IMG/VR virus record: IMGVR_UViG_3300009185_000001
Coordinates: 1 to 64,000 of that record
Reading direction: 5' to 3' (one strand)
From: a virus
Lineage: Duplodnaviria; Caudoviricetes
Length of the DNA stretch: 64,000 nucleotides
This document shows positions 43,808 to 54,069 of the stretch, piece after piece (the first letter of the stretch is position 1; every line of letters begins with the position of its first letter). Under the pieces are notes generated by a model. The model saw only the letters and a program-made list of their open reading frames with translations. It did not search any database and was not told the DNA's origin. The position numbers and the translations under genes are program-made.

Positions 43808-44516
43808 AACTCATTGTCCACCAAATTTCGTTAATATCTAACAATTTATGTACACATCCATTTACTCTTTCGGTCCAAGAACTATGAAAGTGTCCATATA
43901 GATGAAGTCTTGGTTTACATAGCTTAGAAATTTCATCCATTACTGCTCTTTCGTCTGTGAGGTCTTCTAGTAAATAAGCATCCTCGTTTGCCCAGCCATA
44001 GACCGTTTCATTAAACTGTTGCGGAAAGCACCAAGAAGGAGCAGTATGAGTTACGAGAATATCTACTTCTTTGCATTTTTCCCCATCAAATTTAACTATT
44101 TCATCTTCCCAATAAGAGCGTCCTTCGGTTCTAGATGTTCTATCAATAGAAACAGCACCACCAATGAATTGAAATTTTTTGCCATTATATTCCATTATGG
44201 TATAATCTTCAATTAGTTCAAAATTACTTAAAGAAACTCTGTTAAGTCCTTGAAAATAAGATGGGTCTGAATGATTTCCTCTTATGCTTTTGTATTCTAT
44301 ATTGTATTTTTTAAAACGATTATTTAAAAGTTCAAACTGCCTCAATTGTTTGTCTTTTGAAATGAATCCCTCTCCACCATCTCCAACACAAATAATATAA
44401 CAATTTTCTATTTCTTTAGTTTTTATAATATCAAAAACAAAATCCCACTCCCCATGATGATCTCCTAAAAATAATAAAGGAATATTTTTGTTTAGTGTTT
44501 TCATATTACCATCCAT
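43797..44516 (-). CDS. Calcineurin-like metallophosphoesterase
   Basis: GD.HG, VGD.G, RGNH, GGA.SID, THTAP, GHFH. Confidence 0.85.
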   Translation of the reverse strand: MDGNMKTLNKNIPLLFLGDHHGEWDFVFDIIKTKEIENCYIICVGDGGEGFISKDKQLRQFELLNNRFKKYNIEYKSIRGNHSDPSYFQGLNRVSLSNFELIEDYTIMEYNGKKFQFIGGAVSIDRTSRTEGRSYWEDEIVKFDGEKCKEVDILVTHTAPSWCFPQQFNETVYGWANEDAYLLEDLTDERAVMDEISKLCKPRLHLYGHFHSSWTERVNGCVHKLLDINEIWWTMSYDF

Positions 44517-44793
44517 TTTCTTCGTTTTCTTTTTGAGATTTTTTCTCTTCTTCTATTTTTTCTTTTAAGGTGTCTTTTAAAACAATTAATGCTTCTTCAT
44601 AAGAAGAACATTCTATTTCCTCAAAATCGTGTAAAATGTAACCTTGATGTTGCACACTATATTTTGGAGGTTGGCCATAACTCCATTTGGTTTCTATATA
44701 CCAATGAAAATCTCTATCTTTACAATGTCCTTTCCCACCCAAAGACCTCCAATCATTGGTTAATTTTGTGATTTCTTCAATAATATTTTCCAT
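44506..44793 (-). CDS. Hypothetical protein
   Basis: Overlapping early-array ORF. Confidence 0.55.
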   Translation of the reverse strand: MENIIEEITKLTNDWRSLGGKGHCKDRDFHWYIETKWSYGQPPKYSVQHQGYILHDFEEIECSSYEEALIVLKDTLKEKIEEEKKSQKENEENGW

Positions 44794-44795
44794 AA

Positions 44796-45443
44796 TTAAT
44801 TTGTTTTATAAGGTTCTGTAATTACAACATAGTAAGTTCCTGCAACTTCTTTTACACTAGAACTAGAACCTTTTGGTAAAGTATTCTTAAATGCCTTATC
44901 TACTAGATCCCAAACCAAAGTAAAGTCTTTATCTTTCATTGCTTTATCTACCCGATTTTGATACCCTTGTGGAATTCTAAATTCTTTTTGTGGTTTCCAA
45001 TATGCAAATTCCGACAACATACGAGAAGGTTCTATGATTTTTGGCATAGGGACTTCGGAACTTTGAAATGCTCCAGCACCGGAAACATCACAAATTTGTC
45101 TGTATCCATCATTCCTTTGGTAATGTAAATACTGATCAATTGTCTTTTTAATTTCCCATGCTACAGTGCCATCTTTCATTTTTTCGCAACCAATACCATA
45201 ATAACAATTGCGATTTTTCATTAGTTCTTCTTCTCTATAGAAAACAATAGTTCTTACCATGCTTTCAAGAACTTCTCCATCTTGATATGTTAGATCCTTA
45301 TCCCAAAATGCAGTATCCATTGCCATTTTAATTTGACCAGAACGGAGACGAGAATAAACTTCTAATGCTGTTGCGATAGTACCAAGATGCTTTTCATCAA
45401 ATTCTATTGCTACTTTTTTAGATGGTTTGGTTTTCTTTTTCAT
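44796..45443 (-). CDS. Hypothetical protein
   Basis: Start moved to MKKKTK. Confidence 0.6.
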   Translation of the reverse strand: MKKKTKPSKKVAIEFDEKHLGTIATALEVYSRLRSGQIKMAMDTAFWDKDLTYQDGEVLESMVRTIVFYREEELMKNRNCYYGIGCEKMKDGTVAWEIKKTIDQYLHYQRNDGYRQICDVSGAGAFQSSEVPMPKIIEPSRMLSEFAYWKPQKEFRIPQGYQNRVDKAMKDKDFTLVWDLVDKAFKNTLPKGSSSSVKEVAGTYYVVITEPYKTN

Positions 45444-45444
45444 T

Positions 45445-45798
45445 TTAGTTATCGTTACTGCTACAACTAACATCAAATCCGCCAGTCCTACGATATGCTG
45501 GATTTTCTTCTCCCAATTCAAACCAATTATTAGAACCTTGTTCAGCAGAGTTTCCAAATTCTGTCCATGACAAATTTTCTCCAAGTTTCTTTAACTCTTC
45601 TTGAACCTCAAAATCCAACTCATCGGATGGTTCATTATATTGAAGATTTAAATCTTCAATATATTTCAAAAACTCTTCTTGACTATCTCCGGTATATGGA
45701 TTTTCTTCTAACTCTCGAAAATCATTTGGGTCTAATTCAACGATTTCGCTTGTCATATATACTTCCATGTTTTCTCGTTTGCGGATTTTGTATGTCAT
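45445..45798 (-). CDS. Hypothetical acidic protein
   Basis: First gene behind the promoter at 45809-45837. Confidence 0.6.
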   Translation of the reverse strand: MTYKIRKRENMEVYMTSEIVELDPNDFRELEENPYTGDSQEEFLKYIEDLNLQYNEPSDELDFEVQEELKKLGENLSWTEFGNSAEQGSNNWFELGEENPAYRRTGGFDVSCSSNDN

Positions 45799-45808
45799 AA
45801 TTTTTTAT

Positions 45809-45837
45809 ATAGTAGTGTAAAAATAATAAAATGTCAA
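45809..45837 (-). promoter_or_regulatory. Sigma70-type early promoter
   Basis: TTGACA-N17-TACTAT. Confidence 0.65.
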
Positions 45838-45840
45838 CAA

Positions 45841-46188
45841 TTATTTGTAGTATGAATCTTGTCCAAAATTTTCATCCAGATCAACTCTATCTTTTAGCCA
45901 TGCTTTTAATGCCCAATGATAATATGTATAATTTGGATCGCCCTCATAATGAAAGAAAGCATGGCCAAGATCATATTGAATCTGCATTAGAATTTTATTT
46001 TTAATTCCTTTTGGTTCTCTACTTTCCAGAATCCAAGAATCCAAAAATACTTTACAATCCATTCCAAAATCCCATTCAAAATATGCTAGATGATTATGAC
46101 GATCTACATGATATAGATCAATATATGCGGGTTCTTTAAACGTAATCAAACCAAGTTCATATATCGATTTTGGTAATTTAATTTTCAT
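45841..46188 (-). CDS. Hypothetical protein
   Basis: Early-array ORF. Confidence 0.55.
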   Translation of the reverse strand: MKIKLPKSIYELGLITFKEPAYIDLYHVDRHNHLAYFEWDFGMDCKVFLDSWILESREPKGIKNKILMQIQYDLGHAFFHYEGDPNYTYYHWALKAWLKDRVDLDENFGQDSYYK

Positions 46189-46378
46189 TTGATGATATGT
46201 CGAAAGTTCCGTTTTTATGTATTTTTAATTGATCAGATCTAAAATGAAGTATACCTCCACCCTTCTCTAATGCAACGGTCCAAATATCATTTTCAAAGGT
46301 TCCTCCATTTGAAACATATATAGCATAACCATCACCTAATGGCGTTATGACAGGAATTGGGTTTTTAAATTCTAACAT
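46178..46378 (-). CDS. Conserved phage hypothetical protein
   Basis: PIPV.TPLG.G.A.......ND.W.V.L motif. Confidence 0.6.
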   Translation of the reverse strand: MLEFKNPIPVITPLGDGYAIYVSNGGTFENDIWTVALEKGGGILHFRSDQLKIHKNGTFDISSNEN

Positions 46379-46626
46379 TCTAAAAATATTGGTGTGTTTT
46401 CTCCGACATATGCACCTTCCACATTAAAAGAAAAATACTCTTCTGCTTCTTCTTCAGACATTCCTTCTTTTGTTAAAATTTCGATACATTTTAATTTATT
46501 ATAAACGGCCATTGGTTTACCAAATTGTCTACCAATACCAACAAATGCATCTTCAAATCCATCTGCCAATAACACTGTTTCATCATCATATAAACAGTTT
46601 TCCAACGTTTCTTGTATGTTTTTCAT
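46372..46626 (-). CDS. Conserved phage hypothetical protein
   Basis: LADGF.DA..G...AVY...KC...M..EEA.EYF.FN..GAY.GE.TP. Confidence 0.7.
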   Translation of the reverse strand: MKNIQETLENCLYDDETVLLADGFEDAFVGIGRQFGKPMAVYNKLKCIEILTKEGMSEEEAEEYFSFNVEGAYVGENTPIFLEC

Positions 46627-46630
46627 TTTA

Positions 46631-47719
46631 TTATTTTATTGTTTTTTTCCAAATCCAAACAGGTTCTACGAATATACCGGATCTGTCCGAATTACTTCCC
46701 ATTCGTTTTGCCATTCTATAATTTATATTTTCTGATTTTGTAGAATTTGGCAAAGTAGATATAAAATCATTCATAGGATCGCATATTTTGTTTATTGTAT
46801 GGTTGCAATATACATCACTTATGTTTATTGCTAAATGACCATCAGATTTTAATAATCTCCAAGAATTTTCAATCACCGGAAATAAGAAATTTGATAACCA
46901 TTTATCTATTTTTTTATACCTTTGCCACGATTGATTATCTTCTTTTGAATATCTTTCTATAATAAAGTACGGTGGACTTGTGAATATGAAATCAAATTCT
47001 GATTGATTGTAAGAGGGTAAAAAATCTTCAGCAGGAAAACAATTCATTTCAATACTTTTATCAGAATTGAAAAGATTCATTTGTTGATTATAGGAATCAT
47101 ACAAATTATCATTTGGATCAATTCCTACGTATGTTTTAACTGTTTGTGATGCCATTGCACCATTAAGTCTATCTCCCCATCCTGAACTAAAATCCAATAC
47201 GCTTTCAGCATTAAAATGATCGTATAATGCTTTAGCTGCCGATGGACGAAACTGACTTGCAATATATTTTCTCATTGCTATACAGGTTCTCAATGTATCG
47301 GAAGTGACTTCTTTAACTTTTAATGTCCACAAAGCATTTAAAAGAGTCATGAAAAACTTCTCTGTATGCCATGTTCTATATGGTGATGGAGAATTTATAG
47401 AATCACATTTAAATCTTAGATCCTGATGGAAAAAATTTGATGATTTGTTTCCTATATTACATGAATCTATATATTTTGTACCCAATTCCCACTTATATTC
47501 ATATCTACTGAATAGGTCTCCCTCTTTTATAAGAGGGAGTGTATTTAGATTTTTAAGCGATTGAAAGTCTGTCTCTGCCTCCGTTTGTGTAATTTCAACC
47601 AAAGGAACATCATAATTTCTAGTCCTTTTCCATATCTCTTCTTTTATAGAAACATCAAATTTTGGACGATTTTTTATAATATCTGACCATTCTGATTGAT
47701 TGTATATTGTAAACATCAA
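46631..47719 (-). CDS. DNA methyltransferase (N4-C/N6-A class)
   Basis: SAM motif LDFSSGWG; catalytic FTSPPYF. Confidence 0.85.
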   Translation of the reverse strand: MMFTIYNQSEWSDIIKNRPKFDVSIKEEIWKRTRNYDVPLVEITQTEAETDFQSLKNLNTLPLIKEGDLFSRYEYKWELGTKYIDSCNIGNKSSNFFHQDLRFKCDSINSPSPYRTWHTEKFFMTLLNALWTLKVKEVTSDTLRTCIAMRKYIASQFRPSAAKALYDHFNAESVLDFSSGWGDRLNGAMASQTVKTYVGIDPNDNLYDSYNQQMNLFNSDKSIEMNCFPAEDFLPSYNQSEFDFIFTSPPYFIIERYSKEDNQSWQRYKKIDKWLSNFLFPVIENSWRLLKSDGHLAINISDVYCNHTINKICDPMNDFISTLPNSTKSENINYRMAKRMGSNSDRSGIFVEPVWIWKKTIK

Positions 47720-47724
47720 TCCTA

Positions 47725-50502
47725 TTATGCTTCACATGATTTACATGTCAAGATAGATCTTGCAAGCTCCTGGGCTGGATTTGCACTACGTTGATAATAC
47801 AATGATTTAATCCCCTGTTCCCAAGCAAAGATCATAAGTTCATTTACTTCTTTTGGCTTTGTATTTGGTGGAATCATTATATTTAAACTCTGTCCTTGAT
47901 CAATATATTTTTGACGTTGAGCAGCTTGAATAATGATTTCTTTTTGTGAAATTTCACCAAATGTTTTAAACACTTCTTTTTCATTATCAGAAAGAAAATC
48001 TAAATGTTGAACCGATCCACCATGAACTAAAATAGACTTCCAAGTATCATCATCGTGTTTACCTTTTTCTTTCAAAAGATTTTTAAGATGTGGATTTTTA
48101 TTTGTAAATTTACCTTTAGCAAGGTCTTTGACATAATAGTTACTATTCAATGGTTCAATACTAGGCGATACTTGCCCAAGAATAAAGCTGGATGAGGTTG
48201 TCGGAGCAACTGCAAGGGTTGTTGTATTTCTCCTAGCATATTCGGTTCCTTCGTAAATTGGAGCTTTTCCAAGAGTCTGTGCTAAAAATCTTGTTGCGTA
48301 ATCAGCGCGTTTTCTAATATCTCCCCAAATTTGATTATTTAACATCTTCGCTTCCATTGATTCAAACGCAATCATTTTAGATTGCAACAAAGAATGCCAA
48401 CCAAGAACACCGACACCCAATGCTCTTTGATTCATAGCAAACTTTCTAGGTGCTTCCATGAACTTCATTCCTTCGGTTTTTTCGATGAACTCAGACATTA
48501 CAGCATCCAAAAAGTAAACTAAAACCTCTACTGTATCGGAGGTCCATTCTTCCCAAGTTTCCAAGTTTAGAGAAGAAAGATCACACACAAAAGATTCATC
48601 TTCTGAATTAGAAAGCATAATTTCTGAGCAATTATGAGTAATAAATCCATTACACACCCAATGATGCTCTTCTGAATCAACGCTAACGCAATAAACGTCT
48701 TCTTTTCCAACATATTCAATGGATTGAACTTTGTAGAATTTTTTAGTGTTGTTTCTATATTCCTTTTCTTCTATTTTAATTTTTTTTCTACTCAAGAAAC
48801 TCGTGTTTTTTTCAAAAACAAGTGCATCATTTTTATTTCCAATAATAAGTCGATAGCAATCTTTACATTCATAATGTTTTTTACCACCTTTACCATCAGG
48901 TAATAGTGTTTTACCAGCTTCTCTAAGAATTCTAATAGAGGTTTGCATTCCAAGATTAGCCAAAATTATCTGAATTTCTTCTAAAAATTCTTTATTAATA
49001 GATGCTAATGAAATTTGTACTGGTTCGCCATCAGATTTTGATTTAAAAACCGTACCATCTGCATAATAAAGACCTTTAATATATTGCCATTGTGTCTCTT
49101 CGTTAGAAGACCAAATCCAATCTGGCACATATCCCTTTTCAAAATTGAGTGCCTTTTTCAAAGCCTTTGACGTTAATCTCTTTTTTAAAGATGAACCCTC
49201 TTGAACCACGCAGTCTCTAAAAATTGGATTTTCATAAATTCTTTTATTATAACTAGAAATTTGAGTTTTATATTCATTGCAAACATAATCATGATATGAC
49301 TGAACTTCATTTAAAAGATCAAAATCATTTTCCCATAAATCAATCATAATAAAATCTTTATGTTGAGTACCGTCGGCTTGATATAACCCAAGCAGAAATG
49401 CTTCTTTTGGCATATTATTGTCTCCAAAAAGTCCTTTGTTTGTTTGAATTGCAACCGAATCACCAATTTTTAAATCTTCACATGCTACATCTCTCGTAAT
49501 TATCACTTGAGGTTCGTTTGTTTTTTGAGTTCTTTTATCAAAAACAGAAACTTTATGGTAAGACGTAATTTTGTGTGTCATACCGTTTTCTAATGTAATT
49601 TTAAATACATCAGCGTTATTTTCTATAAGTCTCATTGGAGAAGATTTTACTATTTTATTATTGTCAAATAAAGTTAATTCTTTTCCAATTTCATAAAGTT
49701 CCTTTGCTGTCAAAATGCCAAAGTTGGAAGGAACTCTTTGATCACCTGTTACACACAAATTAGAATTATTAATTTTCAATCCTTTATCTTTATAAATTTG
49801 CGGAGCTTGATTATTAACATTGTCACTAAAAAGAATATATGGATATCCAGATTCAAAACGCTTTTTAATAACAAGACCCCAAATTTTACGAGCATCTTTA
49901 TCACCATCAATCATTTTTTTCATCCATTCATCGGAAACCGAAACTCCAATTGATAAATCTTGAATATCGCATCCATCGGATTTAATCTTCAAAAACTCTT
50001 CAATATCCGGATGATCGATTGGAAGATATGCAGCAAATGATCCCCTACGAACATTTCCCTGTGAAACAACATTCATGAGTTTATCAAACAATTCCATGAA
50101 ATGTACCGAGCCTGTAGATTCTCCACCGGATGAAATCGGTGTTCCTCTTCCTCTAAGACCACCAAAATATGCAGATGTACCGCCACCGTGTTTTGTCATT
50201 ACAGCAGTCTCAGAAACCTTCTCCATGATTCCTTCCATAGTGTCGGGAATGTAAGAACCAAAGCAACTAATAGGCAATCCTCTTTTGCGTCCAAAATTTG
50301 ACCAGATGGGCGAACTCAAACTGAAAAAACCCCTGGACATATAATCCTCAAATTTATCAGCAAACCCTTCACATTTTAAATATTTTTCCGCTGCTTCTGC
50401 AATATCTCTAATTCTCTGTTCTGCTGTTTCTCCTTCTAACAAGTACCCTCTTTCGAGAAATTTTCTTGAGTCTTTGTTTAGCCATTCGTATTTGTTTGTC
50501 AT
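47725..50502 (-). CDS. nrdA: Class I ribonucleotide reductase alpha subunit (intein-containing)
   Basis: PISCFGS, SQG..RRG, SNL|C.EI, APT.SSS, KSLYY motifs. Confidence 0.95.
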   Translation of the reverse strand: MTNKYEWLNKDSRKFLERGYLLEGETAEQRIRDIAEAAEKYLKCEGFADKFEDYMSRGFFSLSSPIWSNFGRKRGLPISCFGSYIPDTMEGIMEKVSETAVMTKHGGGTSAYFGGLRGRGTPISSGGESTGSVHFMELFDKLMNVVSQGNVRRGSFAAYLPIDHPDIEEFLKIKSDGCDIQDLSIGVSVSDEWMKKMIDGDKDARKIWGLVIKKRFESGYPYILFSDNVNNQAPQIYKDKGLKINNSNLCVTGDQRVPSNFGILTAKELYEIGKELTLFDNNKIVKSSPMRLIENNADVFKITLENGMTHKITSYHKVSVFDKRTQKTNEPQVIITRDVACEDLKIGDSVAIQTNKGLFGDNNMPKEAFLLGLYQADGTQHKDFIMIDLWENDFDLLNEVQSYHDYVCNEYKTQISSYNKRIYENPIFRDCVVQEGSSLKKRLTSKALKKALNFEKGYVPDWIWSSNEETQWQYIKGLYYADGTVFKSKSDGEPVQISLASINKEFLEEIQIILANLGMQTSIRILREAGKTLLPDGKGGKKHYECKDCYRLIIGNKNDALVFEKNTSFLSRKKIKIEEKEYRNNTKKFYKVQSIEYVGKEDVYCVSVDSEEHHWVCNGFITHNCSEIMLSNSEDESFVCDLSSLNLETWEEWTSDTVEVLVYFLDAVMSEFIEKTEGMKFMEAPRKFAMNQRALGVGVLGWHSLLQSKMIAFESMEAKMLNNQIWGDIRKRADYATRFLAQTLGKAPIYEGTEYARRNTTTLAVAPTTSSSFILGQVSPSIEPLNSNYYVKDLAKGKFTNKNPHLKNLLKEKGKHDDDTWKSILVHGGSVQHLDFLSDNEKEVFKTFGEISQKEIIIQAAQRQKYIDQGQSLNIMIPPNTKPKEVNELMIFAWEQGIKSLYYQRSANPAQELARSILTCKSCEA
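48631..49755 (-). mobile_element. Intein with LAGLIDADG endonuclease (375 aa)
   Basis: Begins CVTGD, ends ITHN, next extein residue Cys; LLGLYQADG and IKGLYYADG. Confidence 0.95.
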
Positions 50503-50508
50503 ATAAAA

Positions 50509-51480
50509 TTAAAATAATTCAGATTCATCAAAACACTGAGATTTTTTAGAATATCCAGTGTCTTTGGAATGGAAAAAGTCGGTCATGTTATTGCCCAATA
50601 ATTCCTCCTGAAACCACATTGTAGAAGAAATAAGATTTTTGTCAATCTCAAAAGCAGCAGGAAATCCAATCATTTTAAGGGATTCATTGATTCTATTTTT
50701 AACAAACTCTTTAAGAATAACAGCACTAAGACCTTCCTCTTTGATTCCGTTTATCATCCAATCAATAATTTTTGCTTCTGCTGCGTATGCTTCTTTAGCT
50801 TCCGCAATAATTTTACTCACAAACTCATCATCAAACAATTCTGGATATTCTTCTCTGATGGTATTAATGATTTGAGCACCGACCATGCCATGAATATTCT
50901 CTTCATTTCGTGTGTATTTTACCTGTTGATCCGTATCTTTAAGAACATTCTTGAAGCGAGCGAACCAATTGATTACATAGAATTGAGAAAACAATGATAC
51001 GTTTTCAACAAATAATGTAAAAAGAGTTAATGCATAGACATATTGCTTTTTTGAGTCCTTATAATAGCGATGAGTATATTTTTTAAGATATTTTACCCTA
51101 CCTTGAATCCAATCGAGGTTTAAATTATTTTCAAAAACCTCTTCCAAACCAAGAATAGAAATAAGACGTTCATATGCATTGTTATGTATAACTTCTGTAT
51201 TCGCCATAACGTATCCCAAATCTTGCAGTGCGGGATGTGGAAGATTCTCACCAAGCTTTGCCCAAAAAGATTTTACAGAAATTTCAATTTGTCCAATTGC
51301 AGATAAAGTGCGTATAACTATTTCTCTTTCTTGATCAGTTAAATTAACTTTAAATTGTTGAACATCAGACTTAAAGGAAAATTCTTTATCCGTCCAAAAG
51401 CCATTATGCATAGCTTCAATAAATTTTTCTGTCCAAGGGTAGTTGTTTGGTTTGCGCGAGATTTGTTCTTCGAATATCAT
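50509..51480 (-). CDS. nrdB: Class I ribonucleotide reductase beta subunit
   Basis: E.IH..AY, FVENVSLFSQF, EENIH, DFF motifs. Confidence 0.92.
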   Translation of the reverse strand: MIFEEQISRKPNNYPWTEKFIEAMHNGFWTDKEFSFKSDVQQFKVNLTDQEREIVIRTLSAIGQIEISVKSFWAKLGENLPHPALQDLGYVMANTEVIHNNAYERLISILGLEEVFENNLNLDWIQGRVKYLKKYTHRYYKDSKKQYVYALTLFTLFVENVSLFSQFYVINWFARFKNVLKDTDQQVKYTRNEENIHGMVGAQIINTIREEYPELFDDEFVSKIIAEAKEAYAAEAKIIDWMINGIKEEGLSAVILKEFVKNRINESLKMIGFPAAFEIDKNLISSTMWFQEELLGNNMTDFFHSKDTGYSKKSQCFDESELF

Positions 51481-51515
51481 ATGTCTATATTTAATAAAAG
51501 TTCCCTGATTGTCTT

Positions 51516-51890
51516 CTATTTTTTTTTAGATGTCAAAGCTTTTTTTTGTTTAGATAATCGTTTTTGTAATTCTGATTTGTATAACTTGTTGGACAAAATT
51601 TTTAAAAAATATGCTAAGTCTAATGAATCACAAACATTTACTATTCTACTTTCTGTATACTTTACCATACTTTCAGAGTAATCAGGAAACAAGTAATGAA
51701 CACATTCATGATACGCTGTTGATAATAAATCTCTCCTATAATCCAATTCAATGTCTGTCCAATTACACAATCCTACCGATGCTCTCATTTTCCTAAATGA
51801 AAAAAATTCTGCTGGTTTTCTTTTAACCAAATTTACGCATTTTTCATGTATTTCGTAAATTTGTTTTTTTGATAACTTTTCCATATGCAT
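51516..51890 (-). CDS. Hypothetical HExxH protein
   Basis: TAYHECVH. Confidence 0.5.
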   Translation of the reverse strand: MHMEKLSKKQIYEIHEKCVNLVKRKPAEFFSFRKMRASVGLCNWTDIELDYRRDLLSTAYHECVHYLFPDYSESMVKYTESRIVNVCDSLDLAYFLKILSNKLYKSELQKRLSKQKKALTSKKK

Positions 51891-51918
51891 AATAATTATG
51901 GAATGTTTTAAAAAAGGC

Positions 51919-51946
51919 TTGCCTTTTATGAATATTCATATATTCT
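51919..51946 (+). promoter_or_regulatory. Sigma70-type promoter
   Basis: TTGCCT-N16-TATTCT. Confidence 0.45.
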
Positions 51947-51953
51947 GAAGATC

Positions 51954-53183
51954 ATGCTCTCATTAAAACAAAATCAGATACAGTCAATCCATGTAGAAGG
52001 AAATGAAGATTCTTTCTATAATACTATTAATGATAATGAATTTCCAATAAGAAAATATATAGAAAAAAAATATGGTCATTGTACAGGGTTTTTTTATTCA
52101 GACGACGAATATACTGGGCTTGCTTTTAAACATTTACTTAAAAAAGGAAAACTTTTATCATATACTTCTGTCGGAAAGAGCAATTTTGTTAAAAAAGATT
52201 TTTATGAAGGTATTAGAGGAGGAACTTTTTGGTTTTATTATAAAAACATATATGTTCGTCTTTCAATGAAAAATCAACCGGATGATTGTGAGTATATGTC
52301 AAACAGCAGTTTGAGTTCTCCTCCTAGTAATATTATTATCGATGAATCAGAAGATGTGGAAGGTGGTTATAGTGAAAGTAATAAAACATTTTCTATTTTA
52401 TTCTGTGCTCCAATCACTGTTCAAAAGTTTCCTTTAGAAGATTTTGATCCATTTATACTAACAAAAACTAAAGGAAGAATTCATATTTTCATTAAGAATC
52501 AATATGGAGAATATGATTTTGAACCGATAAAATTAGATAATTCAAGGAGTGTAGACATTGAACTCAATTATGGAAGTGGGTTTTCAGAAATAAATGAAAC
52601 TATTTTAGAACGATTGCAAACAAAAACAAATGGATTGTATATGTTTCATGGTTCTCCGGGTACGGGAAAAACCACATATATAAAATATCTAACTACTCAA
52701 GTAGAAAAGGATTTTATTTATGTTCCAACAAATATGTTGGAATACTTTACTACAGATCCTAATAGCCTTTCTATACTTCTTAGAAAGCCAAATTCAGTTA
52801 TCATCCTAGAAGATGCAGAGAAAGCTATTTTAAAGCGAGAAGACGGTGGAAGTTCGTCTGCTGTTTCTTCTCTGTTGAATCTTTCAGATGGAATCATGAG
52901 CGACATCATGAAAACTTCTATTATAGTTACATATAATTGTTCTAAGCATGATATTGATGAAGCTCTTAGACGCAAAGGACGCTTACAGATAGATTATGAA
53001 TTCGGATTATTATCAATAACAGATGCAAAGCTACTTGCTAATAGTCTTAACTATCCTGCGGATTTTGTAGAAACCGAAATAACCAAAAATACCTCATTAG
53101 CAGATATATATAATCTACAAACTAAAGTGGATTTCTTGGATAAAAAAACAAAATCAAATCGTGTGATTGGATTTGGACAATGA
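51954..53183 (+). CDS. AAA ATPase
   Basis: GSPGTGKTT, ILEDAE, LLN.SDG, RKGRL. Confidence 0.85.
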   Translation: MLSLKQNQIQSIHVEGNEDSFYNTINDNEFPIRKYIEKKYGHCTGFFYSDDEYTGLAFKHLLKKGKLLSYTSVGKSNFVKKDFYEGIRGGTFWFYYKNIYVRLSMKNQPDDCEYMSNSSLSSPPSNIIIDESEDVEGGYSESNKTFSILFCAPITVQKFPLEDFDPFILTKTKGRIHIFIKNQYGEYDFEPIKLDNSRSVDIELNYGSGFSEINETILERLQTKTNGLYMFHGSPGTGKTTYIKYLTTQVEKDFIYVPTNMLEYFTTDPNSLSILLRKPNSVIILEDAEKAILKREDGGSSSAVSSLLNLSDGIMSDIMKTSIIVTYNCSKHDIDEALRRKGRLQIDYEFGLLSITDAKLLANSLNYPADFVETEITKNTSLADIYNLQTKVDFLDKKTKSNRVIGFGQ

Positions 53184-53998
53184 AGACTCCTAATTTAGAT
53201 ACTATTATAGAACTATATGATTCTTTTTCAGATATTAAATTCTTTGAAAAGAATCATACATATGAAATTTCAGGTAAAAAGGCTAAAATTTCGGTTTCTG
53301 GTCTCATTTCTAAATACGAAAAGCCTTTCAATACTGATGTAATCGCAGCAAGAGTAGCAAAAAAGGAAAAAGTTCCTGTAAAAACTATTCTTGAAAAATG
53401 GGAGAAAAATAAAAATTATTCTTGTCACAAAGGTTCAGAATTTCATTTACATGTTGAAAATTTCTTAGAACGTAGAATTGTTCCAATAGATAGAGAAGCA
53501 TTTGTCAATTTCATGTCACCAAAGGGAGAATTATTCTCTTGTGAAAATTCTGAAATTGAAAAATATTATAATGAAATGGCCATTCTTATAAGAAATTTTA
53601 GAAATTTTTATGAATGGTGGAAAGAAGATCATATTCTTATTAAATCAGAATTTGTAATAGGAGATAAAGAATCTATGATCTGTGGAACAATTGATAATCT
53701 TTCTTATAACAAAAAAACAAAAGAATTTGTTATTTTTGATTATAAAACTAATAAAAAAATTGAAAGAAAAAATTCATATGGTGAAAATTTCTTAAAACCA
53801 TTTGAACATATTTCAAAGTGTGAACATACAAAATATAGCTTTCAACTTTCATTGTATAGTTTGATATTTGAAAGAAATTCTCCATTTAAAATAAACTCTT
53901 CTTATATTGTTTGGGTTGCTGGAGAAAATGATTATGAATTAATTTCTCCGATAGATTTTAAACACGAAGCAGAAATAATGTTAAATTCAAAAAATTAA
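53180..53998 (+). CDS. PD-(D/E)XK (Cas4/RecB-like) exonuclease
   Basis: GS.FH, CGTID, IFDYKT, Y.FQL..Y. Confidence 0.85.
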   Translation: MKTPNLDTIIELYDSFSDIKFFEKNHTYEISGKKAKISVSGLISKYEKPFNTDVIAARVAKKEKVPVKTILEKWEKNKNYSCHKGSEFHLHVENFLERRIVPIDREAFVNFMSPKGELFSCENSEIEKYYNEMAILIRNFRNFYEWWKEDHILIKSEFVIGDKESMICGTIDNLSYNKKTKEFVIFDYKTNKKIERKNSYGENFLKPFEHISKCEHTKYSFQLSLYSLIFERNSPFKINSSYIVWVAGENDYELISPIDFKHEAEIMLNSKN

Positions 53999-54069
53999 AA
54001 TAAAAAAAATATTTTTTTTTGTTGAAATGTAATAATTCGAGGTAAATATCATTACAACAATACAACTAT

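Noticed and set aside
53180-53998. Cas4 as evidence of a CRISPR-Cas locus
   Set aside because: A stand-alone PD-(D/E)XK exonuclease typical of large phages; no cas1/cas2 or array nearby
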